32,000 bases of DNA from Methylorubrum extorquens (GTDB lineage: Bacteria; Pseudomonadota; Alphaproteobacteria; Rhizobiales; Beijerinckiaceae). The notes beneath the pieces were generated by a model, which did not search any database, was not told the DNA's origin, and worked only from the letters and a program-made list of their open reading frames with translations. Shown piece by piece: positions 14,000 through 23,420 of this stretch. Location of the stretch: the NCBI GenBank assembly GCA_900234795.1, contig LT962688.1:2010001-2042000 (forward strand). The letters run 5' to 3'. The translations under genes and the position numbers were made by a program. Positions within the stretch are counted from its first letter, which is position 1; every line of letters begins with the position of its first letter.

Positions 14000-14074
14000 T
14001 GGAGCGGGCGAAGGGATTCGAACCCTCGACCCCAACCTTGGCAAGGTTGTGCTCTACCCCTGAGCTACACCCGC
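14000..14074 (-). tRNA. tRNA-Gly (anticodon GCC), CCA encoded
   Basis: The reverse complement reads GCGGGTG-TA-GCTC-AGGGGTA-GAGC-A-CAACC-TTGCCAA-GGTTG-GGGTC-GAGGG-TTCGAAT-CCCTT-CGCCCGC-T-CCA. It is 75 nt with a full cloverleaf, a GTTCGAAT T-loop and a U discriminator. Confidence 0.95.
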
Positions 14075-14178
14075 TCTCTTGTCCGTCCGTCCGGCGCCGT
14101 GGGCGCGTCCGTCGGTGGCGCTGGTAAACACTATCCCGGCCGGGGATGCAAGCGCCAAGGTCGATTTTTTTGCGCGGC

Positions 14179-14655
14179 TCACCAAAGCTCGGCCGGAGGC
14201 TGGCTGCCGCGGATCTCGTCGAGACGGGCGCGGGTGGCGCGGGTGGTGTCGGCCGGTAGGGCATCGAGGGGGAAGAAGCCGGCCTCGGCGATCTCGCGGT
14301 CCGGTCGCTTCGGGCCCGTCACCGTGAAGGCCGGGACGATGTAGACGGCGATGTGGTCGCGGCGCTGCGCGCCGGGGTTCAGGAAGAAGCCGTGCAATTG
14401 CAGCGGGGCATCCGGCGACACCACGATCTCGGCTTCTTCCCGGAACTCGCGGGCCATCGCGGTGGGGCCGCTCTCGCCCGGATCGATTCCGCCACCCGGC
14501 AGGTGCCAGCCGGCGACATAGGTATGGCGCACGAGGCAGACCCGTCCCTGTCCGTCGATGGCGACGCCGCGGACGCCCAGCGTCATGCCGCGCGTGAACA
14601 ATGCGACCCGCAGGGACAAGCGGTGGAGCCAGGGGCGGTCGAGATTCGGGATCAT
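14179..14655 (-). CDS. NUDIX hydrolase (158 aa)
   Basis: Nudix box GGGIDPGESGPTAMAREFREEAEI. Trimmed to ATG 14655 (MIPNLDRPW). Confidence 0.85.
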   Translation of the reverse strand: MIPNLDRPWLHRLSLRVALFTRGMTLGVRGVAIDGQGRVCLVRHTYVAGWHLPGGGIDPGESGPTAMAREFREEAEIVVSPDAPLQLHGFFLNPGAQRRDHIAVYIVPAFTVTGPKRPDREIAEAGFFPLDALPADTTRATRARLDEIRGSQPPAELW

Positions 14656-14702
14656 GCCCGCCTTGTAGACGCAGGCGTTTCGCCCGTCGCGCCCCGGCTC
14701 GC

Positions 14703-15398
14703 TCACACGACCTTGAGCGCGATCGCGCCGACGCCCTCGATCCGCGCGGTCATGGTCTGGCCGCGTTGCACCGCCCCGACGCCCGAGGGCGTGCCGGTGA
14801 GGATCAGGTCGCCGGGATGCAGCTCGAAATAGGTCGAGAGCAGTGCGACCTGCTCCGGCACCGACCAGATCATCTCGGAAAGGTCGCCGCGCTGGCGCTC
14901 GGCGCCGTCGACGGCCAGCGTGATCGCGCCGGAGCGAGGATGGCCGATGACGCCCGCCGGCCGCAGGGCGCCGATGGGGGCGGAGAAATCCGCCGCCTTG
15001 CCGAGCTCCCATGGCCGAGCCTGCCGCTTGGCCTCGTCCTGGAGGTCGCGCCGGGTCATGTCGAGGCCGACCGCGTAGCCGTAGACATGGGTGCCGGCGG
15101 TCTCCACCGGGATGTCGCGCCCGCCCCGGCCGAGGGCGGCCACCAGCTCCACCTCGAAATGGTAGTTTTCGGTGCGGGGCGGATAGGGATGCTCGACCGT
15201 CACGCCCTCGGGCACGATCTGGACTGTGTCGGCCGGCTTGAGGAAGAAGAAGGGCGGGTCGCGCTCGTCAGCGCCCATCTCGCGGGCATGGGCCCGGTAG
15301 TTGCGGCCCACGCAATAGACCCGGCGCACGGGAAACAGATCGGAACTGCCGTGGATCGGCAGCGCCGTGCGCGGCGGGTTCGGGATCACGGACAGCAT
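14703..15398 (-). CDS. fumarylacetoacetate hydrolase (FAH) family protein (231 aa)
   Basis: Typical FAH-family segments: VYCVGRNYRAHAREMG, FFFLKP, GDLILTGTPSGVG. Confidence 0.9.
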   Translation of the reverse strand: MLSVIPNPPRTALPIHGSSDLFPVRRVYCVGRNYRAHAREMGADERDPPFFFLKPADTVQIVPEGVTVEHPYPPRTENYHFEVELVAALGRGGRDIPVETAGTHVYGYAVGLDMTRRDLQDEAKRQARPWELGKAADFSAPIGALRPAGVIGHPRSGAITLAVDGAERQRGDLSEMIWSVPEQVALLSTYFELHPGDLILTGTPSGVGAVQRGQTMTARIEGVGAIALKVV

Positions 15399-15605
15399 GG
15401 CGCCTCAAGCCTCGTCTTCGGTGGGACGGAAAACACGGTCGGATCGGGCGGCGATCCGCTGCAAAGGGAAAACCCGCAAGCGCCCGGTGTGTGCCATTTC
15501 CCGGGATACCCGTTCCGCCATCCTCGGCCCTCGGTGCAAATGCCGTTCCCCCGGTCTATCTGAGGCGGACGACGCTTCGTTCGTCCCCGCCTCCGCCCTC
15601 CATCG

Positions 15606-17057
15606 ATGACCGCTCCCCTCTCCCGCGATCGCCTGCTGGCCACGCTCTCCGAGCGGCTCGGCCTTCGGCACGTGCGCACCGATCCGGCCGATCTCGCGCC
15701 GCATCTCGTCGAGTCGCGCGGGCTCTATCGCGGCCATGCGCTGGCCGTCGTGGCGCCGGGCACGACCGAGGAGGTCGCCTTCACCGTGCGAACCTGCGCC
15801 GCGGCACGGGTGCCGGTGGTGGCGCAGGGCGGCAATACCGGCCTCGTCGGCGGCGGCGTGCCCTTCGGCGGGATCGTGCTGTCGCTCAACCGCCTCGACA
15901 GGCTGCGCGCGATCGATCCCCTCGGCGCCAGCATGACGGTGGAAGCCGGCATGATCCTCGCCGACGTGCAGGCCGCGGCCGAGGCGGCGGGGATGCTGTT
16001 CCCGCTCTCCTGGGCGGCGGAGGGCACGGCGCGGATCGGCGGCGGCCTCGCCACCAATGCCGGGGGCCTGGCGGTGCTGGCCTACGGCAATGCCCGCGAC
16101 CTCGTGCTCGGCCTCGAGGTCGTGCTCGCCGACGGACGGATCTGGAACGGGCTCAAGGCGCTGCGCAAGAATAACGCCGGCTACGACCTCAAGCACCTGT
16201 TCGTCGGCTCGGAGGGCACGCTCGGTATCATCACCGCCGCGACCCTGAAGCTGTACCCCAAGCCCCTCTCCACCTGCGTCGGCTTCGTCGGCCTCGCCTC
16301 GGCGCAGGCGGCGCTCGCCCTGTTCGCCCGGCTCCGGGCCGGCGCCGACCGGGGGCTGACGGCCTTCGAGTACATGCCCCGCTTCGGCCTGGAGATGGTG
16401 CTGAGACACGGCATCGACGTGCGTCCGCCGCTCTCCGGCTCCCATGCCGCCTACGCCCTGGTGGAGCTGTCCTCGCCCCGGCCCGGCTCCGACACCCGCG
16501 CCGAGATGGAAGCCTTGCTCGCCGAGGCGATGGAGGCGGGAGAGGTGGAGGATGCGGTGATCGGCGGCAGCGCGGCGCAGGACGCCGCCCTGTGGCGCCT
16601 GCGCGAGTTGCTGCCCGAGGTGCAGAAGGCGGAGGGCGGCTCGATCAAGCACGACGTCTCGCTGCCGCTCTCGCGCCTCGCCGACTTCCTGGAAGAGGCG
16701 AGTGCGGCCTGCGAGGCGGCCATGCCGGGCCTGCGCCCCTGCCCGTTCGGGCATTTCGGCGACGGCAATATCCACTTCAATCTGACCCAGCCGGTCGGCA
16801 TGGAGAAGGCGGAGTTCCTGAGCCAGTGGGGCCGCTTCAACGCCATCGTTCACGGCATCGTCGAGCGCATGGACGGCTCGATCGCCGCCGAGCACGGCAT
16901 CGGCTTGATCAAGCGCGATGAACTCGCCCGCACCGCCGACCCCGTCGGCCTCGACCTGATGCGGCGGTTGAAGGCCGCCCTCGACCCGCATGATGGGCTC
17001 AATCCGGGCAAGGTGGTGGCCCTCTCGGACGACCCGCCGCCGGCTCTCCCGGTCTGA
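15606..17057 (+). CDS. FAD-linked oxidase / D-2-hydroxyacid dehydrogenase-like (GlcD family, 483 aa)
   Basis: FAD-binding PCMH-type N-terminus (VAPGTTEEVAFTVRTCAAARVPVVAQGGNTGLVGG). The C-terminus has HFGDGNIHFN and AEHGIG motifs. Confidence 0.9.
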   Translation: MTAPLSRDRLLATLSERLGLRHVRTDPADLAPHLVESRGLYRGHALAVVAPGTTEEVAFTVRTCAAARVPVVAQGGNTGLVGGGVPFGGIVLSLNRLDRLRAIDPLGASMTVEAGMILADVQAAAEAAGMLFPLSWAAEGTARIGGGLATNAGGLAVLAYGNARDLVLGLEVVLADGRIWNGLKALRKNNAGYDLKHLFVGSEGTLGIITAATLKLYPKPLSTCVGFVGLASAQAALALFARLRAGADRGLTAFEYMPRFGLEMVLRHGIDVRPPLSGSHAAYALVELSSPRPGSDTRAEMEALLAEAMEAGEVEDAVIGGSAAQDAALWRLRELLPEVQKAEGGSIKHDVSLPLSRLADFLEEASAACEAAMPGLRPCPFGHFGDGNIHFNLTQPVGMEKAEFLSQWGRFNAIVHGIVERMDGSIAAEHGIGLIKRDELARTADPVGLDLMRRLKAALDPHDGLNPGKVVALSDDPPPALPV

Positions 17058-17434
17058 AAGCGAGTGTGACGGGGCGCACGCGGGAACGCGCGCTGGCCTC
17101 CGCGGGTTGTTGTGCAACGCACAAGATGGCTGCATGATTCGGGTCACAGGGCCGGGAATCAGCCTTGCGCGCAACCGGAATGATGCCCGGATGATGAGAT
17201 CGTTAACCCTTGCGACCCGACAATCGCCCTCTACCGGCACCGGTGGCGGAGCGATCCGCCTCGGTTTCGTCGCATGACGATTTTAGGCGCTCGTTCCACA
17301 TACCGCAGTGCGGTGCGCTTCCCCCGGAAGGTGACGCGCTGCAGCGACGGGCGATGGATCGAGTCATCCGGCTTGCATCCTGGGGCACGCGTTCCGAGTC
17401 GTCCCGTCCGCACCGACTTTGAAGGAGACCATTG

Positions 17435-17728
17435 ATGCCCGTTTCACAGGCCCGGGTGCCGACCGCGGAAGCCAGTCGCTACCTGAAGCAGCTCTGCCGC
17501 CATTGGAGCCATAAGTTCCCGGTCGAGGAGAGCGGCGACAAGGGCCGGGTTCCGTTCGGCGAGGATCGGATCTGCACCTTCGAGGCGAGCCCCGACGCCC
17601 TGGTGATGCAGGTGGCCACGCCCGACCCGGCCGGCCTGACACGGCTGGAGAATGTGGTCTCCGACCATCTCCTGCGCTTTGCCTTCCGCGAAAATCTGGG
17701 TGACATCACGTGGTCGCGCGCGGCCTGA
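17435..17728 (+). CDS. DUF2218 domain protein (97 aa)
   Basis: ASRYLKQLCRHWSHKF ... HLLRFAFRE is the DUF2218 signature as I recall it. ATG 17435 has AGGAG 7 nt upstream; the track start at 17432 is a TTG. Confidence 0.75.
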   Translation: MPVSQARVPTAEASRYLKQLCRHWSHKFPVEESGDKGRVPFGEDRICTFEASPDALVMQVATPDPAGLTRLENVVSDHLLRFAFRENLGDITWSRAA

Positions 17729-17805
17729 GCCGCGGATCGGTCTGACGGGATCGGTTCCGGGCCGGGAAGACGGCGCGCGGCGTGACAGCCTGGAGAACCC
17801 CTTCC

Positions 17806-19065
17806 ATGAGCCAGACGCCGGGCACGGCCGCCCTCCCCTTCACCGAGCGCCTCGACCGGCTGGCGGAAGTCGCCGTGCGGGTCGGCCTCGGGCTGAAAGC
17901 GGGCCAGGAACTGGTGATGACGGCGCCGCTTGAAGCGGTGCCGCTGGCCCGCGCCATCACCGAGCAGGCCTACAAGGCCGGTGCTGCGCTGGTCACCACC
18001 TTCTACGCGGACGACGCCGCGACGCTCGCGCGCTTCGCCCACGCGCCCGACGAGGCGTTCGACCGGGCCGCCGGCTGGCTCTATGCCGGCATGGCGGACG
18101 CCTATCGGAGCGGAGCGGCCCGGCTCGCCATCTCGGGCGACGACCCGTCCCTGCTGGCGGGTCAGGACCCGTCCAAGGTCGCCCGCGCCAACCGTTCGCG
18201 CTCGCAGGCCTACGTGCCGGCGCTGGAACTGATCGCCGGCTTCTCCACCAACTGGACCATCGTCTCGGCCGCGACCAAGCCCTGGGCGCGCACGGTCTTC
18301 CCCGACCTTCCCGAGGACGAGGCGGTCGCGCGCCTGTGGGACGCGGTCTTTGCCGCCTCGCGCATCGACGGACCCGACCCCGTCGCGGCCTGGGGCGCGC
18401 ATAACCGCGATCTCGCCCGCCGCACCGAGCGGCTCAACGGCGCCCGCTTCTCCGCCCTGCGCTTCCGCGGCCCCGGCACCGACCTGACCGTGGGGCTCGC
18501 CGACGATCACGAATGGTGCGGCGGCGCGACGACGGCCAAGAACGGCATCGTCTGCAACGCCAACATCCCGACCGAGGAGGTGTTCACCACGCCCCACCGG
18601 GCGCGGGTTGAGGGCTACGTCGCCAGCACCAAGCCGCTCTCCTACCAGGGCACCCTGATCGACGACATCCGTGTGCGCTTCGCCGAGGGCCGCATCGTCG
18701 AGGCGAACGCGCGCACCGGCAGCGACGTGCTCGCCAAGGTGCTCGACACCGACGAGGGCGCCGCCCGCCTCGGCGAGGTGGCTCTGGTGCCCGCCTCCTC
18801 GGCGATCTCGGCCTCGGGCCTGTTGTTCTACAACACGCTCTACGACGAGAACGCCGCGAGCCACATCGCGCTGGGGCAGGCCTACTCGAAGTGCTTCCGC
18901 AACGGCGGCGACGGTCTGAGCGAGTCGGATCTCGCCGAGCGCGGCGCCAACCGCAGCCTGATCCATATCGACTGGATGATCGGCTCGGCCGAGATCGACG
19001 TGGACGGGATCACCGCATCCGGCGAGGCTTTGCCGGTGATGCGCCGCGGCGAGTGGGCCGACTGA
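17806..19065 (+). CDS. M29-family aminopeptidase (AmpS/PepS-like)
   Basis: The opening FTERLDRLAEVAVRVGLGLKAGQELV is typical of M29, and the C-terminus has HIALG and SLIHIDWMIG. ATG 17806 is preferred; GTG 17782 is an alternative. Confidence 0.85.
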   Translation: MSQTPGTAALPFTERLDRLAEVAVRVGLGLKAGQELVMTAPLEAVPLARAITEQAYKAGAALVTTFYADDAATLARFAHAPDEAFDRAAGWLYAGMADAYRSGAARLAISGDDPSLLAGQDPSKVARANRSRSQAYVPALELIAGFSTNWTIVSAATKPWARTVFPDLPEDEAVARLWDAVFAASRIDGPDPVAAWGAHNRDLARRTERLNGARFSALRFRGPGTDLTVGLADDHEWCGGATTAKNGIVCNANIPTEEVFTTPHRARVEGYVASTKPLSYQGTLIDDIRVRFAEGRIVEANARTGSDVLAKVLDTDEGAARLGEVALVPASSAISASGLLFYNTLYDENAASHIALGQAYSKCFRNGGDGLSESDLAERGANRSLIHIDWMIGSAEIDVDGITASGEALPVMRRGEWAD

Positions 19066-19093
19066 TTTCTTGTGAATCCGCCGTCCGCCGGGA

Positions 19094-20143
19094 TCAGGTG
19101 CTCTGCGCTTCCCCGGCGGGCTGCACCGGAAGCGTTCCCTTCGGCAGCATCTTGGGCCGCCAGCGGCGGTGCATCCACAGCCACTGGCCGGGATGCTCGC
19201 GCACCCATCCCTCGATCACGCGCGTCATCGCCTGCATCGCGCCCTGAACCTCGATCAGCCCGTCCGGGCCGCGGGGCAGATCGAGCGGCGGCGTCAGTTC
19301 GAGCAGGAAGCGCCCGCCGCCCTTGCGCACCACCCGCGCGCCGTGGACCGGGCAATCGTGGTGCCGGGCGAGCTTGCCGAGCAGCGGGTTGACCAGCACC
19401 GGCCGGCCGAAGAACGTCACCACGACACCGCGGGTGAAGTGCTGATCGATGAGCTGGCCGAGATGGCCGCCGCGCTCCACCACGCCCTGCATCGCGAAGA
19501 CGGCGCCGGGGCCGGAGGCGGCAAGCCCTCCCATGGTCTTGCGGCGGACTTCCTGCACGAGCTGGGCGGCGGCCGGATTGTTCGGCGGGCGGAACACGGC
19601 GGTGGTCTCGAGCCCGAACTTCTCCGCGCAGATCGCGGGCAGTTCCCAGTTGGCGAGGTGAGCTGAGAAGATCAGCCCCGGCTGGCCATCGTCGCGGATC
19701 GCGAAGAACTGTTCGAGCCCGCGCACTTCCATGCGCTGGGTCGCGAGGTTCTCCGGGTCGTAATCGAAGATCGTGTCGAGATGGGCGTATTCGGCGCCGG
19801 TGCGCCCGAGATTGTCCCATGCCTCCAGCGCGATCGCCCGCAGCCGCCGCTCGTCCTCCTTCGGATAGGCCGCGCGGAGGTTGTCCATCGCCGTGCGGTG
19901 CGAGGGCAGGAACGGTCCGATGAGGCGAACGAGCCGGCCGCCGGCCGCACTCGCCCGGTCGGTGCCGAGCATCCGCGCGAGCAGGAACACCGCTCGGATC
20001 AGCGGGATGGTCGCGAAGCCGGCCAGCCGAGGCAGGTTCCGCCGCAGGATCAGCGCAAGGCGCAGCACAGCCGGTTCATCGAAGGAGCGATCGGGGGAGG
20101 TTCGGAAGGCGGCATAAAGTATATTTTTCGGGCAGGCGAGCAC
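19094..20143 (-). CDS. lipid A biosynthesis lauroyl/acyl-transferase family protein (LpxL/HtrB-like, 349 aa)
   Basis: The HX4E/D-type motif FSAHLANWELP and the overall LpxL-like layout. GTG start at 20143; an internal start is possible. Confidence 0.8.
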   Translation of the reverse strand: MLACPKNILYAAFRTSPDRSFDEPAVLRLALILRRNLPRLAGFATIPLIRAVFLLARMLGTDRASAAGGRLVRLIGPFLPSHRTAMDNLRAAYPKEDERRLRAIALEAWDNLGRTGAEYAHLDTIFDYDPENLATQRMEVRGLEQFFAIRDDGQPGLIFSAHLANWELPAICAEKFGLETTAVFRPPNNPAAAQLVQEVRRKTMGGLAASGPGAVFAMQGVVERGGHLGQLIDQHFTRGVVVTFFGRPVLVNPLLGKLARHHDCPVHGARVVRKGGGRFLLELTPPLDLPRGPDGLIEVQGAMQAMTRVIEGWVREHPGQWLWMHRRWRPKMLPKGTLPVQPAGEAQST

Positions 20144-20163
20144 GTTGCTCGGGAAACGGCGAA

Positions 20164-20194
20164 GGCCGCCGGCCCGTCGAGCGGACCGGCGGCC
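20164..20194 (-). terminator. hairpin GGCCGCCGG-N13-CCGGCGGCC downstream of phaB
   Basis: 9-bp GC stem about 30 nt after the phaB stop. The T-tract is weak (TTCGCCGTTTCC on the minus strand). Confidence 0.35.
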
Positions 20195-20223
20195 TCCGGA
20201 AGGCGCGGCGCGAGAGCCTTCGA

Positions 20224-20952
20224 TCAGACGAAGTGCTGACCGCCGTTGATGGTGAGGGTCGAGCCGTTGACGAAGCCGGCCTCGTCGCTGGCGAGGTACT
20301 CGACCGCGTGGGCGATCTCGTCGGCCTCGCCGAGGCGGCCGGTCGGGATCGTCGAGATGATCTTGTTACGGATGTCTTCCGGCACCGCCATCACCATCTC
20401 GGTGGCGATGTAGCCGGGGGCCACCACGTTCACGGTGACGCCCTTCGAGGCGCTCTCCTGCGCCAGCGCCTTGGCGAAGCCGATCACGCCGGCCTTGGCG
20501 GCCGAGTAGTTGGTCTGGCCGGCCTGGCCCTTCTGGCCGTTGATCGACGAGATGATGATGATGCGCCCGAAATTGCGCGCGCGCATTCCCTCGATCAGCG
20601 GACGGGTGCAGGTGAACATCGAGTCGAGGTTGGTGCGGATCACCGCCTGCCACTTCTCGAAGGTCATCTTGTGGAAGGCGCCGTCGCGGGTGATGCCGGC
20701 GTTGTTCACGAGGACGTCGATCGGGCCGAGTTCGGCTTCGATCGCCTTGATGCCGGCCTCGCAGCTCGCGAGATCGCCGACGTCGAACTTGAACACCGGG
20801 ATGCCGGTCTCGGCCTTGAAGGCGTTGGCCGCCTCGTCGTTTCCGCCGTAATTGGCGGCGACCTTGTAGCCCTTGTCCTTCAGGCGCTTGGAGATCGCGG
20901 CGCCGATGCCGCGCGTTCCGCCCGTGACGAGGGCGACGCGTTCCTGAGCCAT
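20224..20952 (-). CDS. phaB: acetoacetyl-CoA reductase (SDR, 242 aa)
   Basis: VALVTGGTRGIG, NNAGITRD and YSAAKAG SDR motifs, with full-length PhaB-like sequence, adjacent to phaA and phaR. Confidence 0.95.
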   Translation of the reverse strand: MAQERVALVTGGTRGIGAAISKRLKDKGYKVAANYGGNDEAANAFKAETGIPVFKFDVGDLASCEAGIKAIEAELGPIDVLVNNAGITRDGAFHKMTFEKWQAVIRTNLDSMFTCTRPLIEGMRARNFGRIIIISSINGQKGQAGQTNYSAAKAGVIGFAKALAQESASKGVTVNVVAPGYIATEMVMAVPEDIRNKIISTIPTGRLGEADEIAHAVEYLASDEAGFVNGSTLTINGGQHFV

Positions 20953-21133
20953 AGTTTCCTCCGTGATCCCGTATCGGGTTGTTGTTAAGACGGTTCGCGA
21001 AATACCCGCTAGGCGTGCGGCGGACAGGGCAACGATCCTGTCACCGCCTTCGCGGGAGCGGGGCGCCGCGCGTCATCCCCGCCTGTGTATCCGGGCGACC
21101 GCGAGCCCGCATCGCATTTAAATTTCACAAACC

Positions 21134-21164
21134 CTCAAGCTGATTTCGTCAAATTCAGCTTGAG
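21134..21164 (-). terminator. hairpin CTCAAGCTGA-N11-TCAGCTTGAG, second structure after phaA
   Basis: Perfect 10-bp stem. On the minus strand it is followed by GGTTTGTGAAATTT. Confidence 0.45.
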
Positions 21165-21173
21165 TTTCGGTGT

Positions 21174-21210
21174 GGGAAGGGCGCCGCGCGCCCTTCCCCG
21201 CGCCCTTCCC
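21174..21210 (-). terminator. GC-rich hairpin after phaA with a duplicated arm
   Basis: GGGAAGGGCGC (21174-21184) can pair with GCGCCCTTCCC at 21188-21198 or with its tandem copy at 21200-21210. It lies 13-50 nt downstream of the phaA stop. Confidence 0.5.
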
Positions 21211-21222
21211 GAAGCCGGTCGC

Positions 21223-22407
21223 TCAGACCCGCTCGACACACATGGCGACACCCATGCCGCCGCCGATGCAGAGCGTGGCGAGGCCCTTCTTGGCGTCGCG
21301 GCGCTTCAGCTCGTGCAGCAGGGTGATGAGAACGCGGGCGCCGGAGGCACCGATCGGGTGGCCGATGGCGATGGCGCCGCCATTGACGTTCACCTTCTCG
21401 TCGTCCCAGCCCATGTCCTTGTTCACGGCCAGCGCCTGGGCGGCGAAAGCCTCGTTTGCCTCGATCAGGTCGAGGTCGGCGGGCTTCCAGCCGGCCTTCT
21501 CCAGGGCCTTGCGCGAGGCCGGGATCGGGCCCGTGCCCATCACCTTGGGATCGACGCCCGCGGTCGCCCAAGAGACGATCCGGGCCAGCGGCGTGATGCC
21601 CCGGCGCTCGGCCTCGGAAGCCGACATCAGCACGAGCGCGGCGGCGCCGTCGTTGAGGCCTGAGGCGTTGGCCGCGGTCACGGTGCCGTCCTTGGCAAAG
21701 GCGGGCTTGAGCTTGGCCATCGCCTCGACGGTGGCGCCGTCACGGATGTACTCGTCGGTGTCGACGACCGTGTCGCCCTTGCGGCCCCTCACAGTGACGG
21801 GGACGATCTCTTCCTTGAAGCGGCCTTCCTTGCGGGCGGCCTCAGCCTTGTTCTGCGAGCGGACCGCGAACTGGTCCTGCTGCTCGCGGGTGAGCTGGAA
21901 GGCCTGGGCAACGTTCTCGGCGGTCTGGCCCATGTGGTAGCCGTTGAAGGCGTCCCACAGGCCGTCCTTGATCATGGTGTCGACGAGCTTGAGATCGCCC
22001 ATCTTCTGGCCGCCGCGCAGGTACTGGGCGTGCGGGCTGAGCGACATCGATTCCTGGCCGCCGGCCACAATCACCTTGGCGTCGCCGTTGGCGATCTGCT
22101 GCATGCCGACCGCGACGGTGCGCAGGCCCGAGCCGCAGACCTGATTGAGGCCCCAGGCGGTCGCCTTCTCGGGGATGCCCGCGGCGATGGCGGCCTGACG
22201 GGCCGGGTTCTGCCCGGCGGCAGCGGTGAGCACCTGGCCGAAGATCACCTCGTCCACGTCGTCCGGCGAAACGCCCGCGCGCTCCAGTGCGGCCTTGATC
22301 GCCGTGGCGCCGAGTTCGTGGGCCGGCACGGAACCGAAGGCACCGGCGAACGATCCGACGGGCGTACGCGCCGCACCGACAATGACGATATCTTCACTGG
22401 CTGCCAT
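21223..22407 (-). CDS. phaA: acetyl-CoA acetyltransferase (beta-ketothiolase, 394 aa)
   Basis: Thiolase motifs: NQVCGSGLR (active-site Cys), [24 protein letters not shown]. Trimmed to ATG 22407 ([18 protein letters not shown]). Confidence 0.95.
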   Translation of the reverse strand: MAASEDIVIVGAARTPVGSFAGAFGSVPAHELGATAIKAALERAGVSPDDVDEVIFGQVLTAAAGQNPARQAAIAAGIPEKATAWGLNQVCGSGLRTVAVGMQQIANGDAKVIVAGGQESMSLSPHAQYLRGGQKMGDLKLVDTMIKDGLWDAFNGYHMGQTAENVAQAFQLTREQQDQFAVRSQNKAEAARKEGRFKEEIVPVTVRGRKGDTVVDTDEYIRDGATVEAMAKLKPAFAKDGTVTAANASGLNDGAAALVLMSASEAERRGITPLARIVSWATAGVDPKVMGTGPIPASRKALEKAGWKPADLDLIEANEAFAAQALAVNKDMGWDDEKVNVNGGAIAIGHPIGASGARVLITLLHELKRRDAKKGLATLCIGGGMGVAMCVERV

Positions 22408-22732
22408 CGTGACGTTCTCCTCATTCGGCGGCGCGATATTTGGTAGACCAGAATGTCTGGCGCGCGACCTGCCGTTCACCGGATGAAGAGCGCACACCTC
22501 GCGAAGTCAAGCGTGCTTACGGACAACATGGGCGGAACGTCGCATAGACGACCGTGCTCGCATGCGCCGGATTCTACGGGGACAGGGATAAATTGCTGTT
22601 TTCGCCGCGCCGCGAAAGCCTTAAGGTTGGTTCCGACGAATGTAGAGCCCGGCCTGCGCAGGCGGGCAGCCGATCATGTCGGAGCGTTGAGCTTTGCGCA
22701 GACTCATGAGCGAAGCGGGAGGTGTCGCAACG

Positions 22733-23344
22733 ATGGCCGAGAACGGCAGGGCGCATCAGACCGTCATCAAGAAGTACGCCAATCGCCGGCTCTATCACAC
22801 CGGCACCTCCACCTACGTCACGCTCGAAGACCTCGCGACGATGGTGCAGAACGGCGAAGACTTCATCGTCTACGACGCACGCTCGGGCGACGACATCACC
22901 CGTTCGGTGCTGACGCAGATCATCTTCGAGCAGGAGAACAAGGCCGGCGACGACAATCTGCTGCCGGTGGCCTTCCTGCGGCAGCTGATCCGCTTCTACG
23001 GCGACAGCATGCGCACGATGGTGCCGAGCTTCCTCGAATTCTCCATGGCCAACTTCGCCAAGGATCAGGACGGCCTTCGCGAGAAGATGGCCCAGAGCTT
23101 CGGCCCCTCCGCCTTCCAGCAGGCGCTGCAGGAGCAGGTGCGGGCCAACATGACCTTCTTCGGTGATGCGATGAAGATGTTCACCGGCGGCTTCGGCCCC
23201 GGCGGACCGCCGCCGGGAACGATACCCGCCGCGCCCCCTGCCCCTGCTCCCACGCCCGCCGTCAGCGGCCCGGCCGACCTCGACGAGCTGAAGAAGCAGA
23301 TGGCGGAGATGCAGGCCCGCCTCGAATCGCTGGCGCGCAAGTAG
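22733..23344 (+). CDS. phaR: polyhydroxyalkanoate synthesis repressor PhaR (203 aa)
   Basis: IKKYANRRLYHTGTSTYVTLEDLATMV is the canonical PhaR N-terminus. Divergent from phaA. The start is ambiguous: ATG 22733 is preferred, with ATG 22706 and TTG 22694 as alternatives. Confidence 0.9.
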   Translation: MAENGRAHQTVIKKYANRRLYHTGTSTYVTLEDLATMVQNGEDFIVYDARSGDDITRSVLTQIIFEQENKAGDDNLLPVAFLRQLIRFYGDSMRTMVPSFLEFSMANFAKDQDGLREKMAQSFGPSAFQQALQEQVRANMTFFGDAMKMFTGGFGPGGPPPGTIPAAPPAPAPTPAVSGPADLDELKKQMAEMQARLESLARK

Positions 23345-23395
23345 GGGCTCGTCGCGGCGGACGATTGCCGCGCGTCCGTCCGCACGACGCCGGCG

Positions 23396-23420
23396 AGAGG
23401 GCGAACCCGCGCCCTCTTTC
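23396..23420 (+). terminator. phaR terminator AGAGGGCG-N6-CGCCCTCT-TT
   Basis: 8-bp stem about 50 nt after the phaR stop, with a short T tail. Confidence 0.45.

Noticed and set aside
13975-14000. att-like duplicate of the tRNA-Gly 3-prime end elsewhere in the window
   Set aside because: I scanned by eye for segments such as GATTCGAACC and GCGAAGGGAT and found no second copy. I cannot exclude one without a computational search.
13811-14264. Minus-strand ORFs 13811-14044 and 13857-14264
   Set aside because: They run through the tRNA-Gly gene and its terminator. These are spurious translations of an RNA gene.
14179-15012. 277-aa version of the NUDIX ORF
   Set aside because: The N-terminal 119 aa is R/G-rich and overlaps the FAH gene. 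The Nudix protein starts at ATG 14655.
15405-17240. 611-aa minus-strand ORF
   Set aside because: It is antisense to the well-supported FAD-linked oxidase gene. Its translation is R/G/A/P-rich with no motifs, which is typical of a shadow ORF in high-GC DNA.
17479-18966. 495-aa minus-strand ORF
   Set aside because: A shadow ORF opposite the M29 aminopeptidase gene, with the same compositional artefact.
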